From positions 90,107 through 154,106 of the forward strand of contig JBGTHM010000019.1 of the NCBI GenBank assembly GCA_041746255.1: a DNA stretch of 64,000 bases, written 5' to 3'. Within the stretch, counting starts at the first letter, position 1. Every line of letters starts with the position of its first letter. The position numbers and the translations under genes were made by a program. Positions 10,853 through 20,790 of the stretch are shown one piece after another. Source of the stretch: Fibrobacteria bacterium (lineage in GTDB: Bacteria; Fibrobacterota; Fibrobacteria; UBA11236). The notes beneath the pieces were generated by a model that was not told where the DNA came from, ran no database searches, and was given only the letters and a program-made list of their open reading frames with translations.

Positions 10853-11488
10853 TCAGGCTTCCTGATGATGCCGATATATCTGGTTCAGGAGTGAACTCAC
10901 TCCAAGTTCCACTTGGCTGTTCAGCCATGCGATTCGATCCGCCAGTCGATGACGCATGAGCAGCAGGGGAAATGCGATTAAAAGGCCGGATTGGGTGGTG
11001 ATAAGCGCTTCGGAAATTCCGTCGGCCAAAAGCACGGGATTACGGTTTCCGTGAATGGTAATCACATCAAAGGTATGTACCATTCCCGTCACGGTTCCCA
11101 ACAATCCCAGCAAAGGGGCTGCCGTTGCCAGAACCGCAACCAGCGGAAGGCTGCTGTCGAGAGGGTGGAGTAAGCGGCTTAGTTTTTCTTCGAGTAATCG
11201 GCGTAGCGCCCGTTCGGGCAAATGTCGATTGTGGATTACTATTTCGAGGGAGCGCGGGAAAACCCCTTTGCCCGCCACCAACAGGGCCTCCGCTCCGGCC
11301 GTATCTCCCGCCTGTAGGCGAGCTCGCAACTTATCCAAAGTAACTTTGAAGTCGCTCCGGTAGAGATCGGCGCGAATGACGATATAGGTCGACAGGATGA
11401 GATAAAACCCCCATGCACCCACCAGGAAGATAGGCAGCATCACCCAGCCCCCTGCGGCAATGACGTGATACAGGTCGTCCAATATCAT
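10853..11488 (-). CDS. exbB: ExbB (MotA/TolQ/ExbB proton channel)
   Basis: APLLGLLGTVTGMVHTF; GISEALITTQSGL. Confidence 0.92.
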   Translation of the reverse strand: MILDDLYHVIAAGGWVMLPIFLVGAWGFYLILSTYIVIRADLYRSDFKVTLDKLRARLQAGDTAGAEALLVAGKGVFPRSLEIVIHNRHLPERALRRLLEEKLSRLLHPLDSSLPLVAVLATAAPLLGLLGTVTGMVHTFDVITIHGNRNPVLLADGISEALITTQSGLLIAFPLLLMRHRLADRIAWLNSQVELGVSSLLNQIYRHHQEA

Positions 11489-11540
11489 GGCCGCGAACTC
11501 AAAATGGTGAACGCGGCTCTAAGCATGTAGAAGGAAAACC

Positions 11541-13082
11541 TCACGATCGAGCTCCTTCGGAGGCGGGCCAGAGACGGTTAAGCACTTCCATGGTATGCAC
11601 GTTGAGTGAAGAGTTGATATTGTCGAGCCGGTTGGAAAGTACGCCGTGTGCCAAAAGCACCGGAATGGCGATGACCAAACCCGCCTGGGTGGTGACCAGG
11701 GCTTCCGAAATGCCTCCGGCGAGAATGCGTGGGTCGTTGGTACCCGCAGAGGTGATCACTTGAAACAAGGTTATCATTCCCGATACGGTACCGAGCAAAC
11801 CCATGAGCGGCGCAACGGCCGCCAAGGTCGCGATAAGCGGCATCCACTTTTCCAAAGTCGGAACTTCGCGCAGCATGGCTTCCTGGGCGGTTTTCTCGGC
11901 GGACTCCCGGTCCTGGCCGGTGCGGCCCAGTACAGCACCTAAAGTATCTCCCAGACTCGTGTTGGACTGGAGGCAATATTGGCGCGCTTCGGAGAACTTC
12001 CCCTGGTCCAGCAATAGACGAAGGCCCCGCATGAATTTTTCGGGATGCGTCCCCCTCCGGGCAAATGCCAGGAAGCGACCGGCCGAAAGAAATGCGGCGA
12101 ACAAGGCGACCAAGCCGATGGGAAACATGACCACGCCTCCGGAACGGAACCAAGCCGCTATGCCTTCCAATACACCCGGCGCCTGGCCACGACTGAGCAC
12201 CGCGCCCAGGCTTTTATTCTGTAGCACATCCAGGGGCGGGCTGATTTCGGTGCGGCCCTCCAAGGCCTCGCGTATGGTGGATCCCGTTTTGTCCATAATG
12301 TCTTTACCCAGGTTTTCCCGCCAGGCGAAAACCTGTCCTTGCAGCGAGCCCGTGCGCAGAATCAATTGGGTATGGTTGCCGTCCTTCGCCGTTTCACCCA
12401 GCCAGACGGTCCCCAGGCGAAGTCGCCACGAAGGAGCTTCCACTCCGTCTTCATAAAGGGATGCCCTTTCATCCAAGCTTTGGGTTTGCGTGAGTAGGTA
12501 ACGGTTGTGATACGCCCCGAAATACGCTTCCAGGCCCCGCATGAGGGAGGGGTTTTCCTGTTCCAATAATTCGCCCGCCTGCGACAGCATTTGAGTGCGA
12601 ATGGCCAGGTCTACGGGGAAATCACTTTCCGATTCGCGCGATGCCTCATCCACTCCTTGTTTGGCCATGGTAATCAGGCCTTCCCAGTTTCCGTTCGTGC
12701 CCGCCCATTCCGCTTCCCGTTCGCGAAGCTCATTTTGCGCCCGCATCAACTCCTCTTCCTGGCGGGCGAGAGCCTGGGCCGTTCTTCCATATTTTTCTTC
12801 CAGGCGACGTATGTCCTCTTCCCATTCCCGGTTTTGCGAAGCCTGCCGGTAACGGGCATCCCAACGCGCCGCTTCGGCTTTTTCGAGGGCACCCAATTTC
12901 GCGGCTTGCAAGTTTTTCAGGCTATGTAATTCTTTTTGCAGGGTCGCGAGACGCTCCTGTTCCGCCTTCGCAGCTTGATCCCCCTGGGCCCAAAGGGTTG
13001 GCTGTAGGCAGAGGAGCCCGGCGATTAGCAGCAAAGACCTATTCACGGTTGCCCCCGTTATTTTCAGCGCGTATTTCGGCAT
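11541..13082 (-). CDS. Large ExbB-family protein with periplasmic coiled-coil N-terminus (TtpC-like); true start may be GTG 13046
   Basis: Signal peptide and coiled coil, then APLMGLLGTVSGMITLF and GGISEALVTTQAGL. Confidence 0.85.
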   Translation of the reverse strand: MPKYALKITGATVNRSLLLIAGLLCLQPTLWAQGDQAAKAEQERLATLQKELHSLKNLQAAKLGALEKAEAARWDARYRQASQNREWEEDIRRLEEKYGRTAQALARQEEELMRAQNELREREAEWAGTNGNWEGLITMAKQGVDEASRESESDFPVDLAIRTQMLSQAGELLEQENPSLMRGLEAYFGAYHNRYLLTQTQSLDERASLYEDGVEAPSWRLRLGTVWLGETAKDGNHTQLILRTGSLQGQVFAWRENLGKDIMDKTGSTIREALEGRTEISPPLDVLQNKSLGAVLSRGQAPGVLEGIAAWFRSGGVVMFPIGLVALFAAFLSAGRFLAFARRGTHPEKFMRGLRLLLDQGKFSEARQYCLQSNTSLGDTLGAVLGRTGQDRESAEKTAQEAMLREVPTLEKWMPLIATLAAVAPLMGLLGTVSGMITLFQVITSAGTNDPRILAGGISEALVTTQAGLVIAIPVLLAHGVLSNRLDNINSSLNVHTMEVLNRLWPASEGARS

Positions 13083-13938
13083 CGGAGCGCAATGATAGAC
13101 TTAATGGCAGCGTCACTAACCGCGGTGGTTTTTTCGACCCCTTTACATCCAATGCTGTCCGCACGGCCTCCCTTTCGGCGAAGCTCAAGTTTTCACGCCA
13201 GGAATAATCGAGGCTGTCACCCCGCAAACGACGTTGTAAAACTCCGAAAGCCTTGCCTTCTTCGTCGGCATAGACCAACCACTGGTTGCCGATGCGGAGA
13301 AGTTGCGCATTCACGGTTTCACCCGTGTTACGGATAATGGGTTTGCTCAACAGTGCGACTTCGTCGCCGAATCGGATTTCATCCCGATAGAGAGCCTTGA
13401 GTCTGCCGAAGGCTTCCTCTACCGAGCTACGCCCGGCCTCCAAATCCTTGCGCAGGGACGCGGCTCGAGCCAGTCTATCCTCCCTTTCGAAGGGCACGGA
13501 ATTCCGGATCTGTTGTTCGAAATCGGCGGTGAGTCGGGTGAGTCTTTGGATAACGGCTTTTTCCCGCGCTTGCAATTCTTCGATGGAGTTGTCCACGGCG
13601 GCGGTTTTCCGTTTTTCCGCATCGGTTTTAAGGCCTGATTCCCGCAGACGCGCCTCCAAGGAGGCGATTTCTTCTTCCCGCTTCTGCCTTTCCTGGCCGC
13701 GCCCCGTAAGGATTTTTTCTTGCAGCGCTTTTTCGGAATTGCGCAGGGAATCCGTTTTGCGTATTTCCGCATCGAGACGGGGAAGTTCAGCCTGTAAACG
13801 GGATATCTCCGCCTGCAATGTTGCGGCTTCGTTCGCTGTTACGCCCTGGGCATGGGACACTCCAGGGAATAGCAAGCTCAGAACGACCGCCCCCAGCAAA
13901 GTGCAAAAAGCGTTTCTTGGGATTTTTACTAGCGGCAT
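13039..13938 (-). CDS. DUF3450-like periplasmic coiled-coil protein (TtpB-like)
   Basis: RBS AGGAG before ATG 13938; signal peptide; coiled coil; VPFEREDRLARA and LLRIG motifs; lies upstream of the ttpC-like gene. Confidence 0.7.
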   Translation of the reverse strand: MPLVKIPRNAFCTLLGAVVLSLLFPGVSHAQGVTANEAATLQAEISRLQAELPRLDAEIRKTDSLRNSEKALQEKILTGRGQERQKREEEIASLEARLRESGLKTDAEKRKTAAVDNSIEELQAREKAVIQRLTRLTADFEQQIRNSVPFEREDRLARAASLRKDLEAGRSSVEEAFGRLKALYRDEIRFGDEVALLSKPIIRNTGETVNAQLLRIGNQWLVYADEEGKAFGVLQRRLRGDSLDYSWRENLSFAEREAVRTALDVKGSKKPPRLVTLPLSLSLRSDAEIRAENNGGNRE

Positions 13939-13949
13939 CGTGGTATCTC

Positions 13950-15638
13950 CTATCGGCATAAAATCTCATCCGGACGTTCCGAACAGACTTTCCGGGCTTC
14001 CCGGCAAATTATCGGTGAATTGATATTCCTGTCCGAACAAAAACTGACGAGGCCCAATTGGCATTGCTCCGGAAGCCATACTTGCCCTTGGCAATACTCC
14101 CATAAAACATTTTTGCAGGGATTAGGTCCAGGCATGCCATGGCATTGATTCCGGTATTCGGAGCAATCCAGTTCGGGAGTATTGAAATTGCGAGGGACGC
14201 AATACCGTCTTTCGGCTTCTTCGCGTATGTTGGGCTCGACAGAACCTCCCGGAGATCCTGCGGAGCACAGATCCCCCAAGGTGTCACTGTTTTCTCCGGC
14301 TGCGATGCATTCCGTTACCGCGGCCACGGCGCATTCATCGCCTACCCAATTTTTTTCGCGGCAATAGGACGGATAGCGATCTCTACATACGGGATTGTTA
14401 AGCCAGCCGAGGTTACGACAGAATGCGTCGCGGGAGGCTTCCATCGGATAAACCTTGGTGGAAGAATCGGCCACAATATGCAAATCGAAGGAATCTTTGA
14501 CGGCGCCCACAAAAATGCCTTTGCCTTCCAGGGCATTATAAATGGGTATCACCCGGGAATCCTCCTCCCCTTCGACGGCGGATTGCATATACTTCGCATA
14601 AGCGGGCTCGATTCCATAAAAGTAGAGCCGGTTGGGGCCGATAAAAAACCAGGCGTTAACCACTCCCATGCGATCGAGCAACTTTCTTCCACCCTGGCCG
14701 CCGACATCCGGGTAGAAAATAAGCCTACGGATATTCCCGGGAAGGAAAAACATCGCCGTATCGGGCTCTCCGAAAAGCCCCGTGAAGGAATTGCCTGAAC
14801 GACCTAAGCTCATATTATAAGGTTGGCTTATAAGTACCCCTCCCACATCCTCGCTGCGCTCACTTTTAAAAAAATGCGAAAGAAAAGAAGCCGCCCTGGG
14901 GAGGTAGCTCAAGGTATCGCCGGCGTTATAGGGAAGGGTGTTCTCTCCCACTAGTTCGAGGGTGCGCGCAAGTATTCGCGCACCATTGGCCTGTAAATAT
15001 TTCTCCAGGGCCACGCTGTCACCCAAAAGGGGAAGCAAGTCCGGGCCGAATTCCTCCAATAAAACGTTACGCACGGGTTCCGGAAGGCTTTCCAGAAAAT
15101 CGGGATTGGCAAAGTCTAAAATAGACCCACCCTGGAAAGCGGGCGCAGGAGCTTCGGCGGTTTGTGCCATTGAGAATCGGCTGGGCACTTGCGCCTTGGC
15201 CCGAATTCGGGTTTCCGTTTTGACTCCGGCGCTGTCCCAATTTATCCGTGCTCTTAATTCATAGCTTTTACCCCTGCGTACCAAGGCGTCGTTGCGGCCC
15301 CAAAAGCAATTTTGTTGATAGGGTATAGGTGTCAAAGTCATCGACTCGATTCCGTTACCGAAATCGCCTTCGACCTCGACTTGCGCGTTTTCATAGAAGG
15401 GAAACGCTTGTGTCGATTCTTCCGAAATGTTGAAAACGCGTTCAAAACAAACTCGTTCCAAGGGCCGATCCGCAATGGCATAGGCCGTGACGAACAGACC
15501 CCGATAAATTACCGGACTTTCTGGAACATAATCCCAGGGGCCAGGCAAGCAGCCGGTGAGTAAAAGGAAAACCCAAGCTCCCCATAGGGGGCCGGTGCCC
15601 TTACCCTGAGCCGATGTTATTTCAGAAGTAATATTCAT
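13950..15638 (-). CDS. TBDR-associated lipoprotein (DUF4249-like N-terminus) with a 16-Cys C-terminal repeat domain
   Basis: Lipobox FLLLTGC; immediately follows the TBDR; Cys-rich tail. Confidence 0.65.
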   Translation of the reverse strand: MNITSEITSAQGKGTGPLWGAWVFLLLTGCLPGPWDYVPESPVIYRGLFVTAYAIADRPLERVCFERVFNISEESTQAFPFYENAQVEVEGDFGNGIESMTLTPIPYQQNCFWGRNDALVRRGKSYELRARINWDSAGVKTETRIRAKAQVPSRFSMAQTAEAPAPAFQGGSILDFANPDFLESLPEPVRNVLLEEFGPDLLPLLGDSVALEKYLQANGARILARTLELVGENTLPYNAGDTLSYLPRAASFLSHFFKSERSEDVGGVLISQPYNMSLGRSGNSFTGLFGEPDTAMFFLPGNIRRLIFYPDVGGQGGRKLLDRMGVVNAWFFIGPNRLYFYGIEPAYAKYMQSAVEGEEDSRVIPIYNALEGKGIFVGAVKDSFDLHIVADSSTKVYPMEASRDAFCRNLGWLNNPVCRDRYPSYCREKNWVGDECAVAAVTECIAAGENSDTLGDLCSAGSPGGSVEPNIREEAERRYCVPRNFNTPELDCSEYRNQCHGMPGPNPCKNVLWEYCQGQVWLPEQCQLGLVSFCSDRNINSPIICREARKVCSERPDEILCR

Positions 15639-18084
15639 AGTTGATTAAAATAGGAAAGAAGGGGAATTGCGTGATGTCCGTCCGCTTAGGCGGGTTGGCG
15701 CGGTCGTAACTGTAAAGGAAGATATTTTCATTGTCGGTGATATTGAGAATGGTCCAGGAAAAATTCCATTTGTTTTCGCGGCCGACATCGATAACTTTGA
15801 CATCCCATCGGAAATAAGGGGGGACCCTCGCGCCATTGCGGTGACCCCGCAGTACAGTCTGATTTCCGGAAAAACCCGAAGTAGGACCACCCGCTGGTAT
15901 GCCGTGGCCTTGGTCCTGGAGATGCGCCGGCGTGTAGCCGATCACTTCGGTAAAAGGCAGTCCGGTGGAATAACTCAACTGCGTGGAGGTTCGCCAGAAA
16001 AAATTCTGTGAGCTACTGAACAAAGCTTCAGGCCCCCGAATGTTGACTGCCAGGTCCGCTTTGACACTGTGCGGCTGGTGCCATTTGGGGTAGTAGGCTC
16101 CCGCATCGCCTCTGTCCTTCATCACTGAAAATCCCCGCGAATAGCTGGCCCCTCCAAAAATCAAGCCCTCTACTCGTCGCAGCGAAACTTCTGCTCCATA
16201 ACTGTAACCCTCGCTATCCTTGAAATAATCCACCAAGGGCAGGTCGGCCAGGTTTTCGTTAGCGTCTTCCGGAATAACCAGGGGGTCGAAAACCAGTAGC
16301 CGGCTGAGCGCTTTATAATAGCCCTCCAAAATGAAATCGAATTGATTCAACCACTTTTCCCGGTTATAACCCAAGGAAAAAAGCCAGGAATTGCTGGGAT
16401 AGAGGGTATTGTAAGTCCCCTTTTTGGCCGGGTAATAGAATTCGTTTAAGGTTTCCTGGTCTACCCATAAAATCGAATTGATGTATTGCAAGTAATACCC
16501 CGCCGAGGCTTCAATTGCTTGCTGGTGCGGCAGACGGTATTTCAGGGATAGGCGGGGTTCCAAGCCCACATATTCGGGAAGCGTGGAAATGTAAGTGCTG
16601 CGCAGGCCTCCGGTGATATCTGCCGGGCCGAGCGTATAAGTGTCCTGGGCGAAAAGGGTATGTTGCCAATAGGTTTCTTTATCCACAAGTTTAATGTCGA
16701 CCACATCCTGTTGATTGCTGAAAACCGTTTCAAAGCGATTCAACTCAACCCCTGCCTTCAATCGATGGTGGTTGAGCCCGCGATACTCTACGGATTGCCG
16801 AAAGGTGGCGTTGGTGATTTTGTTGTAAAACTGAAAGAGATTGGTGACACCGAAACTTTGACTGAAATGGCTGAAAGAGAGGGTGGTTTGAGCCGTTGAT
16901 TTTTCGCTCAATTCGGTGACGTAATTCAGGGGTATCACCGTATTTCCCCAATCCAGGAGGATGGGAAAGAAATTGAGCCTGTCTTTGCCATGGTATCCGC
17001 TCAGGGTAAGGTGGCTTCCCGCGCCCAAATCGTAACGCAGGTTACCTTGCAGGTCGAAAAAATTATAATCCACGGTAAAGTCAGTGACACCGATGCTTTC
17101 CAGAAAATCCAGGATTTGTTTGATATAAGTCGTGCGTCCCGCCAATAACCAGCGGGCATCGCCCTGCTTGCCTTCGGTATGCACTTGGGTGGCGAAGGTG
17201 CTTATTTTGAGGGAAGAGCCTTTCATCCAGGTATCGGCCGTATCTTTACCCCCTAAACGCGATTTGATATCGAGAACCGAGGAAAGGCGATTGCCGTATT
17301 CGGCGGGAAAGCCGCCTTTGTAAAAGTCCACTTCGTCGACGGCTTCGACCAGGAAGGTGGAAAAGAGCCCGAAAAAATGAACGGGCGAATAGACGGGAGC
17401 GTTGTCGAGCAGGATAAGGTTTTGATCGGCGCCTCCGCCTCGAACATAAATCTTGGTGGAAAAATCCGAGCTGGCCACTACTCCGGGCAGACCTTGTATC
17501 GTACGGATGACATCGGCTTCGGCTAAACCCGGAAGGCGTTTCATCAGCTTGGCCGATACGGTGGCTTTGCCCAAGGAACGTTTGGGCCTGCGTTGAGCCC
17601 TAACCACTACTTTGCGTAGCCTGACGACTTCTTCGGCAAGGGACTCGGAGGGAGCGGCAACGGATTCGGAAGTTTCGGAAATTTTCGGGTCCTCCATTTC
17701 GTTGAGGTCGGGTGGTTTTTCCCCGGTACTTCCCTGGCGTAGAGTGATTCCCTCGTTCGCAAATTCCCTTTCAATCAGGCTATTCTGACCCGAATGCTGC
17801 AAAGTATAGCACTTTTCCAATTCGGTGGCGGTGAAGCAAAGGTGCCAAGCCGTATCGAGGGGGAGTGGCATGGTAAATTGTTCACCGTGACGTATCGTCA
17901 AGGTATCGCCGGACTCCAATACTTGTGCGATTATTGTATCCGAACCTGAAAAATCGGAGTCAGACAAGGTCGCTTGGAGTCGAAGAGAGGTTTCGGCTGG
18001 GATGGGAAGATAAAGGCCGGCTACCAGAAAAAGGACGAAAAGGCTCGCCTTTCGGGAGGATGAAAAAACGGAGAGGGGTTGCAT
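15622..18084 (-). CDS. TonB-dependent outer-membrane receptor
   Basis: Plug motifs LPGV...IYVRGGGADQNLILLDNAPVY...VDFYKGGFPAEYGNRLSSVLDI; C-terminal YEYYF. Confidence 0.93.
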   Translation of the reverse strand: MQPLSVFSSSRKASLFVLFLVAGLYLPIPAETSLRLQATLSDSDFSGSDTIIAQVLESGDTLTIRHGEQFTMPLPLDTAWHLCFTATELEKCYTLQHSGQNSLIEREFANEGITLRQGSTGEKPPDLNEMEDPKISETSESVAAPSESLAEEVVRLRKVVVRAQRRPKRSLGKATVSAKLMKRLPGLAEADVIRTIQGLPGVVASSDFSTKIYVRGGGADQNLILLDNAPVYSPVHFFGLFSTFLVEAVDEVDFYKGGFPAEYGNRLSSVLDIKSRLGGKDTADTWMKGSSLKISTFATQVHTEGKQGDARWLLAGRTTYIKQILDFLESIGVTDFTVDYNFFDLQGNLRYDLGAGSHLTLSGYHGKDRLNFFPILLDWGNTVIPLNYVTELSEKSTAQTTLSFSHFSQSFGVTNLFQFYNKITNATFRQSVEYRGLNHHRLKAGVELNRFETVFSNQQDVVDIKLVDKETYWQHTLFAQDTYTLGPADITGGLRSTYISTLPEYVGLEPRLSLKYRLPHQQAIEASAGYYLQYINSILWVDQETLNEFYYPAKKGTYNTLYPSNSWLFSLGYNREKWLNQFDFILEGYYKALSRLLVFDPLVIPEDANENLADLPLVDYFKDSEGYSYGAEVSLRRVEGLIFGGASYSRGFSVMKDRGDAGAYYPKWHQPHSVKADLAVNIRGPEALFSSSQNFFWRTSTQLSYSTGLPFTEVIGYTPAHLQDQGHGIPAGGPTSGFSGNQTVLRGHRNGARVPPYFRWDVKVIDVGRENKWNFSWTILNITDNENIFLYSYDRANPPKRTDITQFPFFPILINYEYYF

Positions 18085-18179
18085 GGGCAGGGATTAAATT
18101 AGAAATGCCGCGAGCTACGCACCATGAAAATCAGAACACAAAAGCGACAGCCCTTCTCAAATGCGCGATTGGCTTGCCT

Positions 18180-18509
18180 CTAGAGGTCGCGGCGGAGAGA
18201 CGTAATCAGTCCTAAAATCCCGAATGACACCGCGATAATTGCCAGCCCGCCGAATTCGCGCGCCTCCTCATGGTCGACCCAATTCGCCGGCCATGGATGG
18301 GGGTACCAGTAAATAGACCCGACCAAATAAATCAGGGCTATACCGAGTAGCACCCCTCTATGTTTGATTTTCAGTCCATAAAGCAAGGCGACAATACCGG
18401 GGAGGGCATAGATGATAACCCAAATAAGGGTATCCGGGTCGTTATATTGGAGAATTCCGCTCCACAGGCATAACCCGAATAAAAGAAAAGCAAAAATACG
18501 CGCAATCAT
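18180..18509 (-). CDS. TMEM220-family small membrane protein
   Basis: LQYNDPDTLIWVIIY and EEAREFGGLAI motifs. Confidence 0.8.
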   Translation of the reverse strand: MIARIFAFLLFGLCLWSGILQYNDPDTLIWVIIYALPGIVALLYGLKIKHRGVLLGIALIYLVGSIYWYPHPWPANWVDHEEAREFGGLAIIAVSFGILGLITSLRRDL

Positions 18510-18523
18510 GGAAGAGTCCTTCT

Positions 18524-19417
18524 TTAGGTGCTGTAAAAATACCGACCGATGAAATACCCCGGCAATATCCATAATAGTCCCAACAAGGCCCAGGGAACGG
18601 CGACCAGATTAGCCAGCATAGCCAAAACGTCTATCAGGGGAATCAGTCGTAACATGGAACCCACGGTTTTTCCGGTATTTTTCGGGGAAGGTTGAGCGGA
18701 TAGGGCACGTAACGGGCGATACAACGCCGCGAAAATTGCGGCCATTACCATTATTGCATAAAGGGCATATTCACCCTCTAACATGAAAACGGAGAAACTC
18801 AGCCAGCCAAGCCCCCAAAGAGTGAGCCCTCCCAGAAAAACCCGTAATCTTCTCCACGAAGTGCCGCGTACCTCCTCATGCGCCAGGTAGGTCACCAACA
18901 TGATATACGAGGCCAAGGAAACCAGGGCAAACGCAATACCGGTATTGAATCCAAAATATTGAGGCCAGGTTTCCCAGGTCAGCACGATTCCCGTGGCGAG
19001 GTTGCAGGCGCGACAGGCCCCCATGGATAAAGGCCCCAGGGGGCCGCCTTTGAAAATGAAATTATACAGGGCGATGCAGCCGATGAGAGCCGCAGCGGGA
19101 ATCAAGGCCAGGGGATTGGCAATAGCGATGAGAACCGTACCCGAAAAAAGCAAAGCCAACGAAAGCCGCAATGCTCCGGCACGGCTGATGGCCCCGGAGG
19201 GGATGGGGCGCGAAGGCCGCTCCCGGGCGTCCACCTTCGCGTCGGCCACATCGTTCAAGGCCATGCCTCCCATGATGAAAAAGGCCCCAGCGAAAAGCCC
19301 CAACAACAATTCCCACGACAGGCGCCCACCCCCGATTAAATACCCTGCGTAAATATTGGACATGGAGCTGAAGGCGGTGGGAATGCGCACCAGCGAAAAG
19401 AAGGCTTTGGCAGTCAC
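18524..19417 (-). CDS. eboC: UbiA-family prenyltransferase EboC
   Basis: LVRIP; GGMALNDVADAKVDARERPSRPIPSG; MGACRACNL; ebo context. Confidence 0.9.
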   Translation of the reverse strand: MTAKAFFSLVRIPTAFSSMSNIYAGYLIGGGRLSWELLLGLFAGAFFIMGGMALNDVADAKVDARERPSRPIPSGAISRAGALRLSLALLFSGTVLIAIANPLALIPAAALIGCIALYNFIFKGGPLGPLSMGACRACNLATGIVLTWETWPQYFGFNTGIAFALVSLASYIMLVTYLAHEEVRGTSWRRLRVFLGGLTLWGLGWLSFSVFMLEGEYALYAIMVMAAIFAALYRPLRALSAQPSPKNTGKTVGSMLRLIPLIDVLAMLANLVAVPWALLGLLWILPGYFIGRYFYST

Positions 19418-20790
19418 GACAGAATATGCTTTTCGATTAAGGTTTTGACCTCCATCATGGGTAACCTCTCGACGCCGGGGTTGGCTTCCGCGAAGTTGGA
19501 AATGAACAAAGGTCCGGCTTCGGGGTCGTCGACGGGCGTGCCATGGCTGCCTTTAACGAGTTCGGGCATCAAAGGAATGACGTCCATGTAATAACGGAAG
19601 CCCAGTTTTTTCTTGAGCAGGGTAAAGGCGATTTTCGCCTGGATGGATTTTTGCTTGGGATCGAGAAAGAGCTCCACCGGATCATATCCCGGTTTGCGGT
19701 GGATATCCACGCAGCGGGCAAAGTCCGGCGCTTTTTTATCGTCGAACCAATAGTAATAGGTGTACCAATTATCGGGTTCGGCCATCAGGATAACGTCTCC
19801 GGAACGCTCATGGTCCAGGTCGTAGGCGGCGATGGCATCTCCGGTAAGCACGGCGCGTTGTCCAGGCAGGTTTTCGAAAAGCGCGGCCACCTCGGCGATA
19901 CGTCCCTTGTTCTTCACATAGATATGGCAAATTTGATGATCAGATACGGCAAAAGCCTCGCTGGCGCCCGCGTCGAGCACTTCCCAATCCAAGCTGTTCC
20001 GAATAGCCAATAGGCCCGCTTGGCGCAGCACCCGGTTGGGGTGCAGGTATTTCGTAACCGAAGTGATACCGTATTCGGAAAGGATGACGATGCGGGACCC
20101 TTCGCTGGAGAAATAATCGACAAGATTCCCCACGACCTCGTCGATGTCGCGCAAATCCGCTTCGAGTTCGGGCGCGTCAGGGCCGTATTTCTGCAAACCA
20201 TAATCGAGATGCGGCAAATAAACCAGGTTGAGCGTGGGCTTGTGTTGCTCGTGTATCCACTTGGCCGATTCGGCAATCCATTTGGAGGCGCCGATACCGG
20301 CGGCGGGGCCCCAGAAATTGAAAAAGGGAAAGGCGCCCAAATCCTTCACCATGGGATCGCGGATTTCCGAAGGGTGTGTATATATATCGAAAACCTTGCG
20401 GCCGTCCGCGGGATAATGGGGGCGCGGAGTCACGCTCCAATTCACATCGGAGTACATGTTGTACCACCAGAACATTTTCGCGCAGGTAAAATCGGGGTAC
20501 GCTTTTTTCAGGCTTTCATAGATCTTTTCGCCTTGCATGAGACCGTCGTTCTGTTTCCAGAATCCGACCTCCGCCAAATCCTTGAAATACCAACCATTGG
20601 CGACGATGCCGTTTCTTGAAGGAGGAAGTCCGGTAAGCATGGCGGCTTGGCTGGAACAGGTGAGCGCGGGAAAGACTTCCTTAAGGTGAGTGCTCCATCC
20701 TGCTTCGAGGAAGCGTTTGATGCGGGGAGTATGGATACCGATTAGATTTCGAGTCAAACCGACGACATTCAAGACTACGGTATTATGCAT
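19414..20790 (-). CDS. eboF: Alkaline-phosphatase-superfamily (nucleotide pyrophosphatase) protein EboF
   Basis: VVLNVVGLT; FPALTCSSQ; GIVANGWY; FWWYNMYS; VDIHRKPGYDPVELF; VKGSHG. Confidence 0.92.
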   Translation of the reverse strand: MHNTVVLNVVGLTRNLIGIHTPRIKRFLEAGWSTHLKEVFPALTCSSQAAMLTGLPPSRNGIVANGWYFKDLAEVGFWKQNDGLMQGEKIYESLKKAYPDFTCAKMFWWYNMYSDVNWSVTPRPHYPADGRKVFDIYTHPSEIRDPMVKDLGAFPFFNFWGPAAGIGASKWIAESAKWIHEQHKPTLNLVYLPHLDYGLQKYGPDAPELEADLRDIDEVVGNLVDYFSSEGSRIVILSEYGITSVTKYLHPNRVLRQAGLLAIRNSLDWEVLDAGASEAFAVSDHQICHIYVKNKGRIAEVAALFENLPGQRAVLTGDAIAAYDLDHERSGDVILMAEPDNWYTYYYWFDDKKAPDFARCVDIHRKPGYDPVELFLDPKQKSIQAKIAFTLLKKKLGFRYYMDVIPLMPELVKGSHGTPVDDPEAGPLFISNFAEANPGVERLPMMEVKTLIEKHILS

